Shown: piece after piece, positions 13,360 to 35,300 of the stretch | How the letters are laid out: every line of letters starts with the position of its first letter | Position numbering within the stretch: position 1 is the stretch's first letter | NCBI RefSeq assembly: GCF_011386835.1 | Contig: NC_088794.1 | Location: forward strand, 3,782,001-3,846,000 | Source of the DNA: Chrysemys picta bellii | Taxonomy: Eukaryota | Reading direction: 5' to 3' | Length of the DNA: 64,000 nt | Program-made: the position numbers and the translations under genes | The notes under the pieces: model-generated | Seen by the model: the letters and a program-made list of their open reading frames with translations, nothing else | Told to the model about the DNA's origin: nothing | Databases searched by the model: none

Positions 13360-15901
13360 CAGTGGTTCTCAAGCGGGGGCCCATGGACCACTGGTGGGAT
13401 GTAAGTCATTTCAGTGGGTCCATGAGCCCCCTTGCCCCATATGGCTAAAGCTAGGAGCCTAGAATCCTAGGTTTTTGAATGTTATAATTCGTTAGCTGAG
13501 GTTTCTGAAGCTCCAGGTTCAAGGAAGCTTTGGTGAAAACTCTTTCAAAAAGAGCAAGCAAGCTTTTGGGACAGTTGCAGTGAAACCGTGCTGAGACCCT
13601 CGACCAGCTCTTCCCGGAGCTCCGACAGCCTCTGTACGCTGTTATTAAAACTAAGCCACTGGAATGGGTTGTAATTCAGCGGCATGTTATGTGTCTCGCA
13701 GCCCGTTTCACACAGAGCCGCGAATCTCCCTTCATTGACGCCGCTGGTGTTAACAGCACTGATGCACTTTTTCACTAAGGATTTCAACCTCATCCAGACT
13801 TTTCATTGAGGCCTGGCTGGTGAGTACTTCTTGGTGGTCCTACCAGTGAAACCCAAAACGTTTCTGAGGGCAGCTTTCTGGGAAGCCGTTCACCACCCCG
13901 ACTGGTGCACCTTGCGTAGCCACGGCCCCATCAGCTGTCACGCCTCACAGATTGTCGAAGCCCTCCTCCATGCTCACCTGAACGCACTGAAAAATGCGTT
14001 GGCCGGCTGGCCTATCGCTGAGGCTCGCCTGACATAAAACACTTTCTGAGAAACAGTGGCGATCACCATTGTCGGAGAAAAACAGAGTTCTCGCTCTCTG
14101 GTTGGGTGCAGCAAAGTCAGATACTTTATTCTGAAGCAATTGCATAGAGGGAAAGAGTGCACTAGGACACAGGGTCTCCCCCTCCTCGGCAGGTCTCTCT
14201 CTAGGTAAACAATTACAGCAAGCAGTTATACCTTTTGTTACAGACAATAATGAGCAACAGCTGCGTTTTGTTTATACATAGGTCATCCTGATATCTTATT
14301 TTTCACATCTATTTATACTCTAGTCTACGTTCCATCTTATCTACACAAGGTCGCAACAACTTCTCACACAGTTCTTTCCCACTCGCCTCACACAATCCTC
14401 GCTTCTACAAATCTCGCGTTATTAGCCTGACTCTTGCTCACAGAAGAGACTGTTTGCATTGAAATCCCCTTCAAATCCCTGTCAGTTCTTGCTCTACTTC
14501 CACACCACCAAAGAAAAGAAAGCATACGATTACCTTGGGATTCCTCATGACATCAAGGATCTCCTCCAAGCACCGGCTGTAGAAAGGGCTTGCTGCGACT
14601 TTTCCGGCTATTTCGTTGTGTCGAAAATTCACCAGATCTCTCGGGAACCTTTGCAAAATGTTGCTGCTCAGTGGTACCTCTCTGAAAAGTGTAACTTTCT
14701 TGTTGCACAGCCAAGAACAATTTTCTTCATGAAGTCTCCGTTGCTGAATGGTTTCCTTGCTTTCCCCCAACAGTAGTGCAGCTTTCAAAGTAGCCACCCA
14801 AATCCAATACACTTGAATCAAAAAAATTGCTGAGTCATCGCTGTTGTCTTTCAAGCTCGGTTTTTGCCTCACGTAACAGTTTGTGCCTCTGAAACTCACC
14901 GTGGTAATTCTCTTCAGCTTCCCCTGCATGAGTGCTATGGTGACATTGCATTGCATCAACTTTAATTGGATCCATTTCTTTCTTCCAAACAGTGCACACT
15001 GCCCCTTGCTCAGAGACAGAATCAGATGGCTTCAGAAACACAAGAAACTGCCTTTCCCACTGGTCCTGAAACGTTTATTTTTCTTCCTTCCATGTCTTGC
15101 TTTTCTTAGCGGCAGGTGGCTCCTGTGGGACTGTCTCTGTATCACATTCCGGGTCATTTCCCGGCTCTGATATTTTGACAAACTTTCTGATATCCGTTCG
15201 CGTTTTTAACTCTTTTGCCTTCTGCCAAGAACGAGCTCAACCTACCCAAACACCACGCGGTGATTTTGCCGACGATGACGTTAGCCAATAGCCGCTTACG
15301 GAGCTACAGTGGTGCGAGATGTAAACCCAGAGATTAGCCAATGAAAATGCTTTGTGACTAGACAGACAACCACGCCTAGGTAGATCAGCTCCACCTGCCC
15401 ATTTAGGGTTTATGGTGTTTACAAGGCAACTTTAAAACTTAACATCTCAGCGTTTGTCGGGGCACTTTGGTGCATAGGCATAATTTGACTTCCATATTTG
15501 TGGGGACAGGCCGGGGGAAGATTTAAAAACAGCTGAAGCCCCAGCCCCGGCCCTCTGCAGCTAAAGCACAAAGCCGGAGTTCCTGGGAAGGTGGGTTGGG
15601 AACTCATCAACCACCTGCAGAGTTGCAGGTTCCTCTGGCATTGCGCACACTGGCCACACGTGTCTCCAGAGCAGCTCCCCGGAGCCCCCGAGGAGGCTGC
15701 GCGGTGCAGGGCACTGATCCCTGCGGGCAGTACCAGCAAACACCAAGGCAGCATGTCCAGAAGCAAGAGCTGGGTGCAGTGGGGAGGGCAGCTTCTTTCC
15801 GTGGCCCCCCTCCCCCATCTCCTCCCAGGAAGCTGTTGTGGTCACAAAAAAATCAACTGGTGGCCACATGCAGCCACGATCGCCACATTTGAGAAATGCT
15901 G
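13360..15901 (-). mobile_element. Degenerate hAT DNA transposon (Buster/Charlie-like) with transposase remnants
   Basis: TIRs CAGTGGTTCTCAA...TTGAGAAATGCTG. Minus-strand fragments resemble Buster transposases: VPLSSNILQR...AASPFYSRCLEEILDV (cf. IPLSN.TV.RR...SPFFALQLDESTD) and FQWLSFNNSVQRLSELREEL (cf. VRWLSRG..L.R.FELREEL). Confidence 0.75.
14070..14442 (-). mobile_element. Possible solo LTR nested in the hAT transposase
   Basis: TG...CA bounded ~370 bp block with a minus-strand AATAAA that interrupts the transposase remnant; no clear TSD. Confidence 0.35.
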
Positions 15902-16999
15902 GTTCGGACTGTGAGCCATTCGGGGCAGGGACTGGCTCCCACTGTGGGTCTGGGCAGCGCCCGGCACCACGGGGCCCTGATCTCTGCTGGAGTCTGGGTA
16001 GCACCTGGCACAAAGGACTCCTGGCCTATATTTGGGTGTCATAGGTCCTACAATAATACAGAGAATACTAGTAACAAAATATATGTCTGTCTGCCTCCGC
16101 TGCATCGGTCTGTCTCGATTATATACACCCATCTGTCGAGATTGCGTCTGTCTGTCAAGATGGTGTCTGCCCCTCTGTCTAAATTCTGCCTGTGTAGGCT
16201 GTCTGTCTCTTAATGTGTGCAATCCAACCATCTGATAATACTGTGTCTGTCTGTCTGTTTAGATTGTGTCTATCTAGATTGTGTCTGCCTGTACTGTCTC
16301 CATCTGTCTATATTTTGTCTGTCTGTCTAGGACGGATCTATCTCTCATTACTCAGAATGATACAAGATAAATAACCCCAAGAATATTGTAAATTTCCTTG
16401 GGCTGTTCTGTGCTTGGCCATTTACAAACAAAGACAAAATAAGGGACCCCATGCACCCCTGAGGTACACACACACACACTCACACTCACACCGGAGTCCA
16501 GCTATATATACACAAACACCCTGGAGTTTAGCTATAGATACACACACACCGTGGAGTTGAGCTGCACACACGAACACACACACGCATACACACAAACACA
16601 CACACACACGCACAGCAGAACCCGGTGAGTCCCCTTGAGAAAGCTCCCTGGCCATTTTGGGACACATCCCCCCATTCGGCATATGGCAGCAGCTCCGTGT
16701 CACAGAAACTCGGGTGGGGGAGTTCTCAGTTACACGGGACCTGGGGACAGAGCGAGGGTCCAATGTGCCTGGGGCGAGGGGAAGGCTGGGAATGGGGAGG
16801 GGGTAATCTTGGGGCGGGGGGAGTGTTGGTGGCACATGAAGCGGTTTCCCTGGAAGGGTGAGAAGAGGCAGGTGATAGGAGGACTGGTTGGGCCACATTC
16901 CCCGCCCAGGCAGACAGCTGACACGGGGCAGTGGGGTCACTGGGGCAGCTCACCGACCCCCTAGTACTCTGCTAAAGCCAAGCTGGGAGCTGCTGGGCC

Positions 17000-17054
17000 A
17001 TGGGATCCCCCTGCACCCCAATAACCATCCTTCTCCTTCTGCCCATGCTGCAGG
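17000..17054 (+). CDS. Module 1 alternative first exon (signal peptide MGSPCTPITILLLLPMLQ)
   Basis: GCCATGG start context, 18 codons + 1 nt, GTAAGT donor (phase 1). Confidence 0.6.
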
Positions 17055-18134
17055 GTAAGTGGGGGCTGGGAGCCAGGACACCTGGGTTCTGTCCTTGGCT
17101 TGGCCACAGATTCCCTGTGTGACCTTCAGCAAGTTCCAGATCTCTCTGAGTCAGTTTCCCTAGATTTAAAAGGGGGAGAATGTTCCTGCCCTTGTCTGTT
17201 AAGACTGTGAGCCCTTCGGAGCAGGGACTGGCTCCCACTTTGGGTCTGGGCAGCACCTGGCACAAAGGATTCCTGGCCCATGTTAGGGTATTGTAGGTCC
17301 TACAATAATACAGAGAATACTAGTAACAAAACATATGTCTGTCTGTCTCAACTGCATCTGACTGTCTACATCGTATATGCCCATCAGTCTAGATTGCGTC
17401 TGCCCCTCTGTCTAAATTCTGCCTGTCTAGGCTGTCTGCCTCTTCATGTATTGTATCCAACCACCTGTCTCTATTGTGTCTGTCTGTCTGTTTAGATTGT
17501 GTCTATCTAGATTGTGTCTGTCTGTACCGTCACCATCTGTCTATATTGTGTCTGTCTGTCTAGGACGGGTCTTTCTCTCGTTACCCACAGCGATAGAAAA
17601 TAAATAACCCCAAGAATACTGTGAAATTCCTTGGGCGGTTCTGTCCTTGGCCATTTGCCCAACTAAGACAACACAAGGGACCCCGCGCAACCTGGAGGTA
17701 CACACACACAACCCAGAGTTTAGCCACACACAAACACACATATACACACACAGACGAACCCGGTGAGCCAACTTGAGAAAGCTCCCTTGCCATTTTGGGA
17801 CACATTCCCCCATTCGGCATATGACAACAGCCCCGTGTCACAAAAACACGGGTGGGGGAGTTCTCAGCCGCACGGGGCCCGGGGACAGACCAAGGGGCCA
17901 ATGTGCCTGAGGTGGGGGGGAGGCTGGGAATGGGGAGGGTGAACACTTGGGGGGGGGGCATTGGCGGCCCATGAAACAGTTTCCCTACAAGGGTGAGAAG
18001 AGGCAGGTGATAGGAGGACTGGCTGGGCCACATTCCCCGCCCAGGCAGAGAGCTGACACTGGGCAGTGGGGTCACTGGGGCAGCTCACCGACCTCCTAGT
18101 CACCTGTGGAAGCTGAGCTGGGAGCTGCTGGACC

Positions 18135-18189
18135 ATGGGATCCCCCTGCACCCCAATAACCATCCTTCTCCTGCTGCCCATGCTGCGGG
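18135..18189 (+). CDS. Module 2 alternative first exon (MGSPCTPITILLLLPMLR)
   Basis: ACCATGG start context, 55 nt, GTAAGT donor. Confidence 0.6.
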
Positions 18190-18254
18190 GTAAGTGGGGG
18201 CTGGGAGCCAGGACGCCTGGGTCCTATGGGAGGGCTGTGGGGGCTAGTGGGTTA

Positions 18255-18385
18255 GCTCAGAGGGGTGGCCGAGAGCCAGGACTCCTGGGTTCTATCCCAG
18301 ATTCTACCACAGACTCCTTGTGTGACCTTGAGCAAGTCCTGGATCTCTCTGAGTCTCAGTTTCCCTGGATGGAAAAGGGGGAGAA
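18255..18385 (+). mobile_element. MIR/CORE-SINE-like segment (one per module)
   Basis: GGGTTCTATCCCAG...TGTGTGACCTTGAGCAAGTC...CTCAGTTTCCC..ATGGAAAAGGGG follows the MIR head plus core pattern. Confidence 0.65.
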
Positions 18386-18967
18386 TGTTCCTGCCTTTGT
18401 CTGTTAAGACTGTGAGCCCTTCTGGGCAGGGACTGGCTCCCACTGTGGGTCTGGGCAGCACCTGGTACAAAGGATTCCTGGCCCATATTAGGGTATTGTA
18501 GGTCCTACAATAATACAGAGAATATTATTAAGAAAAAATATGTCTGTCTGTCTCAACTGCATCTGACTGTCTACATCGTATATGCCCATCAGTCTAGATT
18601 GTGTCTGCCCCCGTCTAAATTCTGCCTGTCTAGGCTGTCTGCCTCTTAATGTATTGTATCCAACCACCTGTCTCTATTGTGTCTGTCTGTCTGTTTAGAC
18701 TGTGTCTATCTAGATTGTGTCTGTCTGTACTGTGTCCGTCTGTCTATATTGTGTCTGTCTGCCTAGGATGGGTCTATCTTTCATTACCCACAATGATACA
18801 ATATAAATAACCCCAAGAATACTGTGAATTTCCTTGGGTGGTTCTATCCTTGGCCATTGAGACAAAAAAGAGAACACGACGGACCCCATGAGCCCCTGAG
18901 CTACACACACATCGGAGTTTAACTGTGCACACACACCCTGGAGTCTAGCTATAGACACACACACACA

Positions 18968-19101
18968 NNNNNNNNNNNNNNNNNNNNNNNNNNNNNNNNN
19001 NNNNNNNNNNNNNNNNNNNNNNNNNNNNNNNNNNNNNNNNNNNNNNNNNNNNNNNNNNNNNNNNNNNNNNNNNNNNNNNNNNNNNNNNNNNNNNNNNNNN
19101 N
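18968..19101. other. Assembly gap (N run) inside module 3
   Basis: Run of N. Confidence 1.
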
Positions 19102-19445
19102 GCCCCTTGGGAAAACCCTCCGGCCATTTCAGGACACATCCCCCCATTCTGCGAAGGTCAGAGGGTGGGGGAGTTCTCAGCCGCACAGGGCCCGGGGACA
19201 GACCGAGGGGCCAATGCGCCTGGGGCGGGGGGGAGGCTGGGAACGGGGAGGGTGAACACTGGGGGAGGGGGTTGGTGGCATATGAAGTGGTTTCCCTGGA
19301 AGCGTGAGAAGAGGCAGGCAATGCAGGGACTGGCTGGGCCACATTCCCCGCCCAGGCAGACAGCTGACACTGGGCAGTGGGGTCACTGGGGCAGCTCACC
19401 GACCCCCTAGTCCCCTGCAGAAGCCGAGCTGGGAGCTGCTGGGCC

Positions 19446-19500
19446 ATGGGATCCCCCTGCACCCCAATAACCATCCTTCTCCTGCTGCCCATGCTGCAGG
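19446..19500 (+). CDS. Module 3 alternative first exon (MGSPCTPITILLLLPMLQ)
   Basis: GCCATGG start context, 55 nt, GTAAGT donor. Confidence 0.6.
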
Positions 19501-20760
19501 GTAAGTGGGGGCTGGGAGCCAGGAAGCCTGGGTTCTATCCCTGGCTCTGGGAGGGGAGTGGGGGCTAGTGGATTAGCGCTGGGGGGCTAGGAGGCAGGAC
19601 GCCTGGGTTCTATCCTGGTTCTGCCACAGACTGCCTGTGTGACTTTGAGCAAGTCCCGGGTCTCTCTGAGTCTCAGTTTCCGTAGATGGAAAAGGGGGAG
19701 AATGTTCCTGCCTTTGTCCGGTTAGACTGTGAGCCCTTTGAGGCACGGCCTGGCTCCCATGGTAGGTCTGGGCAGCACCCGGCACCACGAGGCCCTGATC
19801 TTAGCTGGAGTCTGAGCAGCACCTGGAACAAAGGATTCCTGGCCCATATTAGGGTATCGTAGGTCCTATAATAATACAGAGAATACTAGTAACAAAACAT
19901 ATGTCTGTCTGTCTCAACTGCATCTGACTGTCTACATCGTATATGCCCATCAGTCTAGATTGCGTCTGCCCCTCTGTCTAAATTCTGCCTGTCTAGGCTG
20001 TCTGCCTCTTCATGTATTGTATCCAACCACCTGTCTCTATTGTGTCTGTCTGTCTGTTTAGACTGTGTCTATCTAGATTGTGTCTGTCTGTACTGTGTCC
20101 ATCCGTTTATATTGTGTCTGTCTGTCTAGGACGGGTCTATCTCTCATTACCCACAATGATACAAAATAAATACCCCAAGAATACTGTGAATTTCCTTGGG
20201 CGGTTCTGTCCTTGGCCATTTACCCAACAAAGACAATACCAGTGTCCCATACACCCCTGAGGTACGCGCGCACACACACACACAAATAGATGCAGAGATG
20301 CACACAGCCCCAGAGTCTAGCTATAGACATACACATCCTGGAGTTTAGCTGCACAAACACACACACAAACACACACGCACACAGATGCACACAGAAGAAC
20401 CAGGTGAGCCACCTTGGGAAAGCTCCCTGGCCATTTCGGGACACATCCCCCAATCCACGTTGGCCAGCAGCCCCGTGTCACAGAAACACGGGTGGGGGAG
20501 TTCTCAGCTGCACGGGGCCCAGGGACAGAGCGAGGGGCCAGTGCGCCTGGGGTGGGGGGGAGGCTGGGAATGGGGAGGGTGAACATGGGTGTGGGGGGTT
20601 GGCGGTTTCCCTGGAAGGATGAGAAGAGGCAGGTGATAGGAGAACTGGCTGGGCCACATTCCCCAGCCAGGCAGACAGCTGACACCGGGCAGTGAGGTCA
20701 CTGGGGCAGCTCACTGACCCCCTAGTACTCTGCTAAAGCCGAGCTGGGAGCTGCTGGGCC

Positions 20761-20815
20761 ATGGGATCCCCCTGCACCCCAATAACCATCCTTCTCCTGC
20801 TGCCCATGCTGCAGG
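20761..20815 (+). CDS. Module 4 alternative first exon (MGSPCTPITILLLLPMLQ)
   Basis: GCCATGG start context, 55 nt, GTAAGT donor. Confidence 0.6.
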
Positions 20816-22005
20816 GTAAGTGGGGGCTGGGAGCCAGGATGCCTGGGTCCTATGGGAGGGTGTGGGGGCTTGTGGGTTAGCACAGAGGGGTGGCGGGAGC
20901 CAGGACTCCTGGGTTCTATCCCAGATTCTGCTGCAGACTCCTTGTGTGACCTTGAGCAAGTCCTGGATCTCTCTGAGTCTCAATTTCCCTGGATGGAAAA
21001 GGGGGAGAATGTTCCTGCCTTTGTCTGTTAAGACTGTGAGCCCTTCTGGGCAGGGACTGGCTCCCACTGTGGGTCTGGGCAGCATCTGGCACAAAGGATT
21101 CCTAGCCCATGTTAGGGTATGGTAGGTCCTACAATAATACAGAGAATACTAGTAACAAAACATGTCTGTCTGTCTCAACTGCATCTGACTGTCTACATCG
21201 TATATGCCATTGTGTCTGCCTCTCTGTCTAAATTCTGTCTAGGCTGTCTGCCTCTTAATGTATTGTATCCAACCACCTGTCTCTATTGTGTCTGTCTGTC
21301 TGTTTAGACTGTGTCTATCTAGATTGTGTCTGTCTGACTGTGTCCATCCGTTTATATTGTGTCTGTCTATTTAGGATGGGTCTATCTCTCATTCCCACAA
21401 TGATATAAAATAAATACCCCAAGAATACAGTGAATTTCCTTGGGCGGTTCTGTCCTTGGCCATTTACCCAACAAAGACAATACCAGTGTCCCATACAGCC
21501 CTGAGGTACGCGCACACACACACACACAAATAAACACAGAAATGCACACAGCTCCAGAGTCTAGCTATAGACATACACACCCTGGAGTTTAGCTGCACAA
21601 ACACAAACACACACGCACACAGATGCACACAGAAGAACCAGGTGAGTCACCTTGGGAAAGATCCCTGGCCATTTCAGGACACATCCCCCAATCCACGTTG
21701 GCCAGCGGCCCCATGTCACAGAAACATGGGTGGGGGAATTCTCAGCTGCATGGGACCCGGGGACCCGGGGACAGAGCAGGAGGCCAATGCGGCTTGGGCA
21801 AGGGGGAGGGTGATCATGGGGGTGGGGAGGGTTGGCGTCACATGATGCAGTTTTACTGGAAAGACGAGAAGAGGCAGGCGATAGGGGGATTGTCTGGGTG
21901 ACATTCAACAGCCAGGCAGACAGCTGACACCGGGCAGTGGGGTCACTGGGGCAGCTCACCGACCCCCTAGTTCCCTGCGGAAGCCCAGCTGGGAGCTACG
22001 GGGTC

Positions 22006-26907
<4,902 letters not shown>

Positions 26908-27644
26908 AGCCCCGCCCCCTGGCAGCTAAAGCCACGCCCACCAGTATAGGCCAGGCCCTAAGGGGAGAGTGCCATGGAACAGCTGTCCAGTGACTCCGCC
27001 CCCTTCCAGCCACACCCACCCAGCTACGACTGGGCCACGGAATCACCCCCACTCCCCCATGGACTCTCCCTCGTGGCCAATGGATGGGTCCTGCCTACCC
27101 CATGTCAAATGACCCCGCCCCCTTCCGGCCACGCCCACCCAGGCACAAGCCCTGCCCCTGCAGGGGAAAATGACCGTGGCTTCCCCGCAACATGGTGGGT
27201 CACAGCCACCACGCTTCAGCCTGCCGCAACTATTCTCCTCCATGGGACGAAGCATGGGTCTGAGCCGGGGCAACGGGGAGGAGACGGGATACCGGGCTAG
27301 ATGGGCCCATGGGTCTGATCCAGCCGGGTCCCTTGTGCACACTGTTTTAATTTAAACGCGAAAGACTGGAATAATAATAAATAAATAATTTATGGTTCTG
27401 CAGTGCCTGAATGCAGGTTACAAAAGTGCTTTACAAACAAGAATAAAAGAAACCTTAGAATAATTCCGCGGGGGGGGAGGAGAGGGGGAATTAGACTGCT
27501 ATTGTACATGGGGAAACTGAGGCACCAAGCGAGGAAAGAACAGAACTGGGGATAGAACCCAGGAGTCCTGGCTCCCAGTCGCCAGTGCACTAACCCACTA
27601 GACCCCACTGCCCTCGCAAACATAGAACCCAGGAGTCCTGGCTT

Positions 27645-32160
<4,516 letters not shown>

Positions 32161-32254
32161 CACCCATCTCCTCTGGGCTGCCCGGTGCTGCTCCCCCATG
32201 CCACTCATCCTGGGACACAAGTGGAATGTGAGGGTGCCCTGTGGCACAGTAGGT

Positions 32255-32264
32255 TCCTATATAC
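32255..32264 (-). promoter_or_regulatory. Candidate TATA box of gene 4
   Basis: GTATATAGG on the minus strand ~100 nt upstream of the ATG; the identical 9-mer precedes gene 5. Confidence 0.5.
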
Positions 32265-35118
32265 TCAGCCCTGGCAGGGTGTGAGCCTGGGAATGTCACC
32301 CGACTCGTTGGGCCGACGTTGGCAAATGTCTCTCTACTTCCTTCCTTCCTAGTAACCTCCCTGCCCGGGGCATGCCATCTCGGGAGCTGCTCCCCTCCCC
32401 CATCCCAGCCTGCACTCCCTCCATTGCCCCCCTCGCCCTCCATCCACCCCCACGCCACCCGCCTCCCCTGCTGCCGGGATCCCTTCCCAGTATGTTTGCT
32501 CTGCACACCTCTATCCCCTTCCCAAATCCCATCCCCCTCCTACTGGTCTGCCCTCCATCAGCCGTCCCGTCCCAAGCCTGCTTAGCTGGTGAGACCCCCA
32601 CGCCACCAACCTGTTGGGAAACAGGGGAGAGGCCCAGCTTGGCCCGGGAGGGGCAGGTTTGCAAAAGACCCAAAGGAGAAGTCTGTTAGGAAAGACCCGG
32701 GGATGAGGACACTCAAGGAAACAGGGCGCCGGGTGACTCAGGCGCATTACCCCACCCTGGCCTCATGCATGATGAGCCACGGTCCGGGGCGGAAGCCAAG
32801 GGAAGAAAGGTTCACCCGAGGTGTCTTGGGGATTGGCCGCTGGGTGACAAACGAGGAGCAGGGGAAGTTAGGCGACATCCTTGCTCCGTTGAAGCTGTCA
32901 GCCAAATTCCCCGTGGCTAGGGATTCCCACCGGGGGTGTGATGCTGGCCCCAACCTGGCCAGCCAGCACCTAGGGCTGCCACCTCCAAGAAGCAGAACGT
33001 CCAGACTCTGCACCCGCCCCCACCTGCCTGACCTCGCTGTGACAAAGCAGGAATTTTCAGCCCTATTTTTGGAACACCGGTGCCTGCCTCAGTTTCCCTC
33101 ACTACCCGGGGGCAGGGCAAAAAGGATTAAGAAAGCCACTCTTGCGTCAGATCAGGAAATGGGGCCTGTGGGGGTGACGTCACTACCTGGGGTGAGGTGA
33201 CTGGGTCGTTACAGGACTGACTGAAACCGACCCGTATCAGTGGACAGTTGGCCAACGGGAGCTCCAAGGAGTGGATGGTCCATGGGGATCTCCGGTGGGC
33301 GGCCCGAGGGAGCCTGCAGATTGACCCGAATTCTGAGCTCAGCTATAAGAAATCCAAGCCCGTTCACGGGACGTCCCTGTAACGTAGGGCCTGAAAGCCT
33401 GAATTAGTCCAAACGAAAAGATCTACCACTTATAACTCAAGGACCGTGTTACCATGAAACCTGGTAAACAAGAGACAAATGAGCTATGGAGCCTAAATTG
33501 GTGAGTGGGAAATTAGACCTCACAGGTGGGCTGTTCCACCCATCACGTAAAGGAAAAGATCTTGGTGGGGCAATTGACTTCACCATCCCAGTGCCACTCC
33601 CTTCTCGCCTGGGAACCCAGGTCTTTGTCACTCTGCTCCTGAGAGCCGTCCTGGTCAGAGAGAGGGCCCCAGACAACATCGCCACCGACCCCAGGGAAAT
33701 CCCAGCCACCTCCTGGGATGAAAAAGGATCGGACATTAACAGCAGCTCCGGCCCATCTCAGCTGCCTTCTCCTCCAGTTACTACATCTTGGATACCATCT
33801 AAGAGACAGTCAAAGAAGGGTTTTTTCCTGCTAAAACCTCTCTCCCGCTCAAGGGCCAGGGACCCAGCGCTGGGGAGGAAACGAACGCCTTGGTCCAGGC
33901 ATTACATTTCCAAGGCTTTTGCCGGTTTTTGCCTTCTTTTCCGGACCTAGAAGAAAAGGATTTTTCTGGGGGCGTTGGCCTCGGGAGCGAAGCAGGCGGA
34001 GGTTCCCGGGTGCCAACCCCCGAGCCTCGTTCAATGCCGTCCATTGTCGGGCCGCGACGTGGTTAGAGTAACCCCTTTGGCTCGTTCGGCCCGTGCGGTC
34101 AGAGCAACACGGCTCAGCGTGGGAGAACGGGCTGCTGACGAGACAGAGCAGAGAGCAGCCAGGACCTGGAGGAAGGGAACCTCCCTAAACTGGGGGGGGG
34201 CCACCAGTGCCCGAAACGTGGCTCCACCCCCTGCATCACCCCTTCCCCCTGAGGCTCTGCCCTCATGCTGCCCCTTCTCCCTGAACTCCCGCCCCGCCCC
34301 TTTTCCCTGAGGCTGCCCCCACACCACCCCTTCCCCTGAGGCCCCGTTCCTGCACCTCCTCTTCCTCCCAAGATCCCGCCCCCCCATCGCTCCTCTCCAT
34401 CCCCTCCCCCACATTGTGCACCCTTACGGCCTGTAAAAACTGGGAGGGCTATATTTAAAACTGATGGGGCCATGGCCCCTCGTCCCATCCCCCCCATTCC
34501 AATGCCCCTGGCCGGGACTGGCAGAGAGACGGCGAGAGAGTCCATGGCAGCTTGGTTGGGTCGAGTCTGTCTTCACCTTTGCTTCTCCGGGCTAACCTAA
34601 GGCCTGCCCCTGCTGTGGTCCGGGTGATAAATCAACCTTATTCTGCTACAACAGGCCGCCGGGCATCACTGCAAATGTTGGCTGAGGGCAGAGCTTGTGG
34701 GGTTGGAGGGCTGGAGCCCAGAGCCTCAGTCTTGGAGACTTTGAGTCCAGGGGGGAAGAAGGGGCCTCCAAGGGGCTGTTGCAAAGGGGTGTAGCACCGA
34801 TCCTGTGCATCCGGGACACCCCGTGACGGGGCACTGCGAAAAACCAGCCCAGATGCTTCAAAGCTGGCCAGATAGCAACCATAACAATGCCTCATGCTGA
34901 TATCGATCCCTCTAGATCAGGTGTTCTCAAACTGGGGATCATAACCCCTCCGGGGGGGGGGGTCACAAGATAATTACATGGGGGTCATGAGTACATGCAC
35001 GAAACAGAGAGAAATGGCTCTAAAATATATCATTTAAATCTAGCCTTTTAGAAGTCACACGCACCTTTCCATTGCAAAGTAGTATATTTACATCAGAAAG
35101 CATTGTAAATGTATAACA

Positions 35119-35300
35119 CATAGAACATCAGGGTTGGAAGGGACCTGAGGAGGTCACCTAGTCCAAGCCACTACTCAAAGCAGGACCAGGCCCCAGACAG
35201 ATTTTTATCCCAGTTCCCTAAATGGCCCCCCTCAAGGATTGAATTTACAACCCTGGGTTTAGCAGGCCAATGCTCAAACCACTGAGCTATCCCTCCCCCC
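35119..35300 (-). mobile_element. Tortoise Pol III/SINE (tRNA-derived head + CR1-like tail)
   Basis: Minus strand GGGGAGGGATAGCTCAGTGGTTTGAGCATTGGCCTGCTAAACCCAGGGTTG...GGTCCCTTCCAACCCTGATGTTCTATG. Confidence 0.8.

Noticed and set aside
16950-16970. CTCF site in each module promoter (by analogy with protocadherin CSE)
   Set aside because: GACCCCCTAG gives only a partial match to the CTCF core.
18710-19492. 260-aa ORF; likewise 31474-32247
   Set aside because: Open only because they cross N gaps (the latter does contain the real gene 4 exon 1).
35119-35300. tRNA gene calls for SINE heads and 75-bp units
   Set aside because: They continue into CR1-like or MIR tails and lack a complete cloverleaf; they are SINE-derived.
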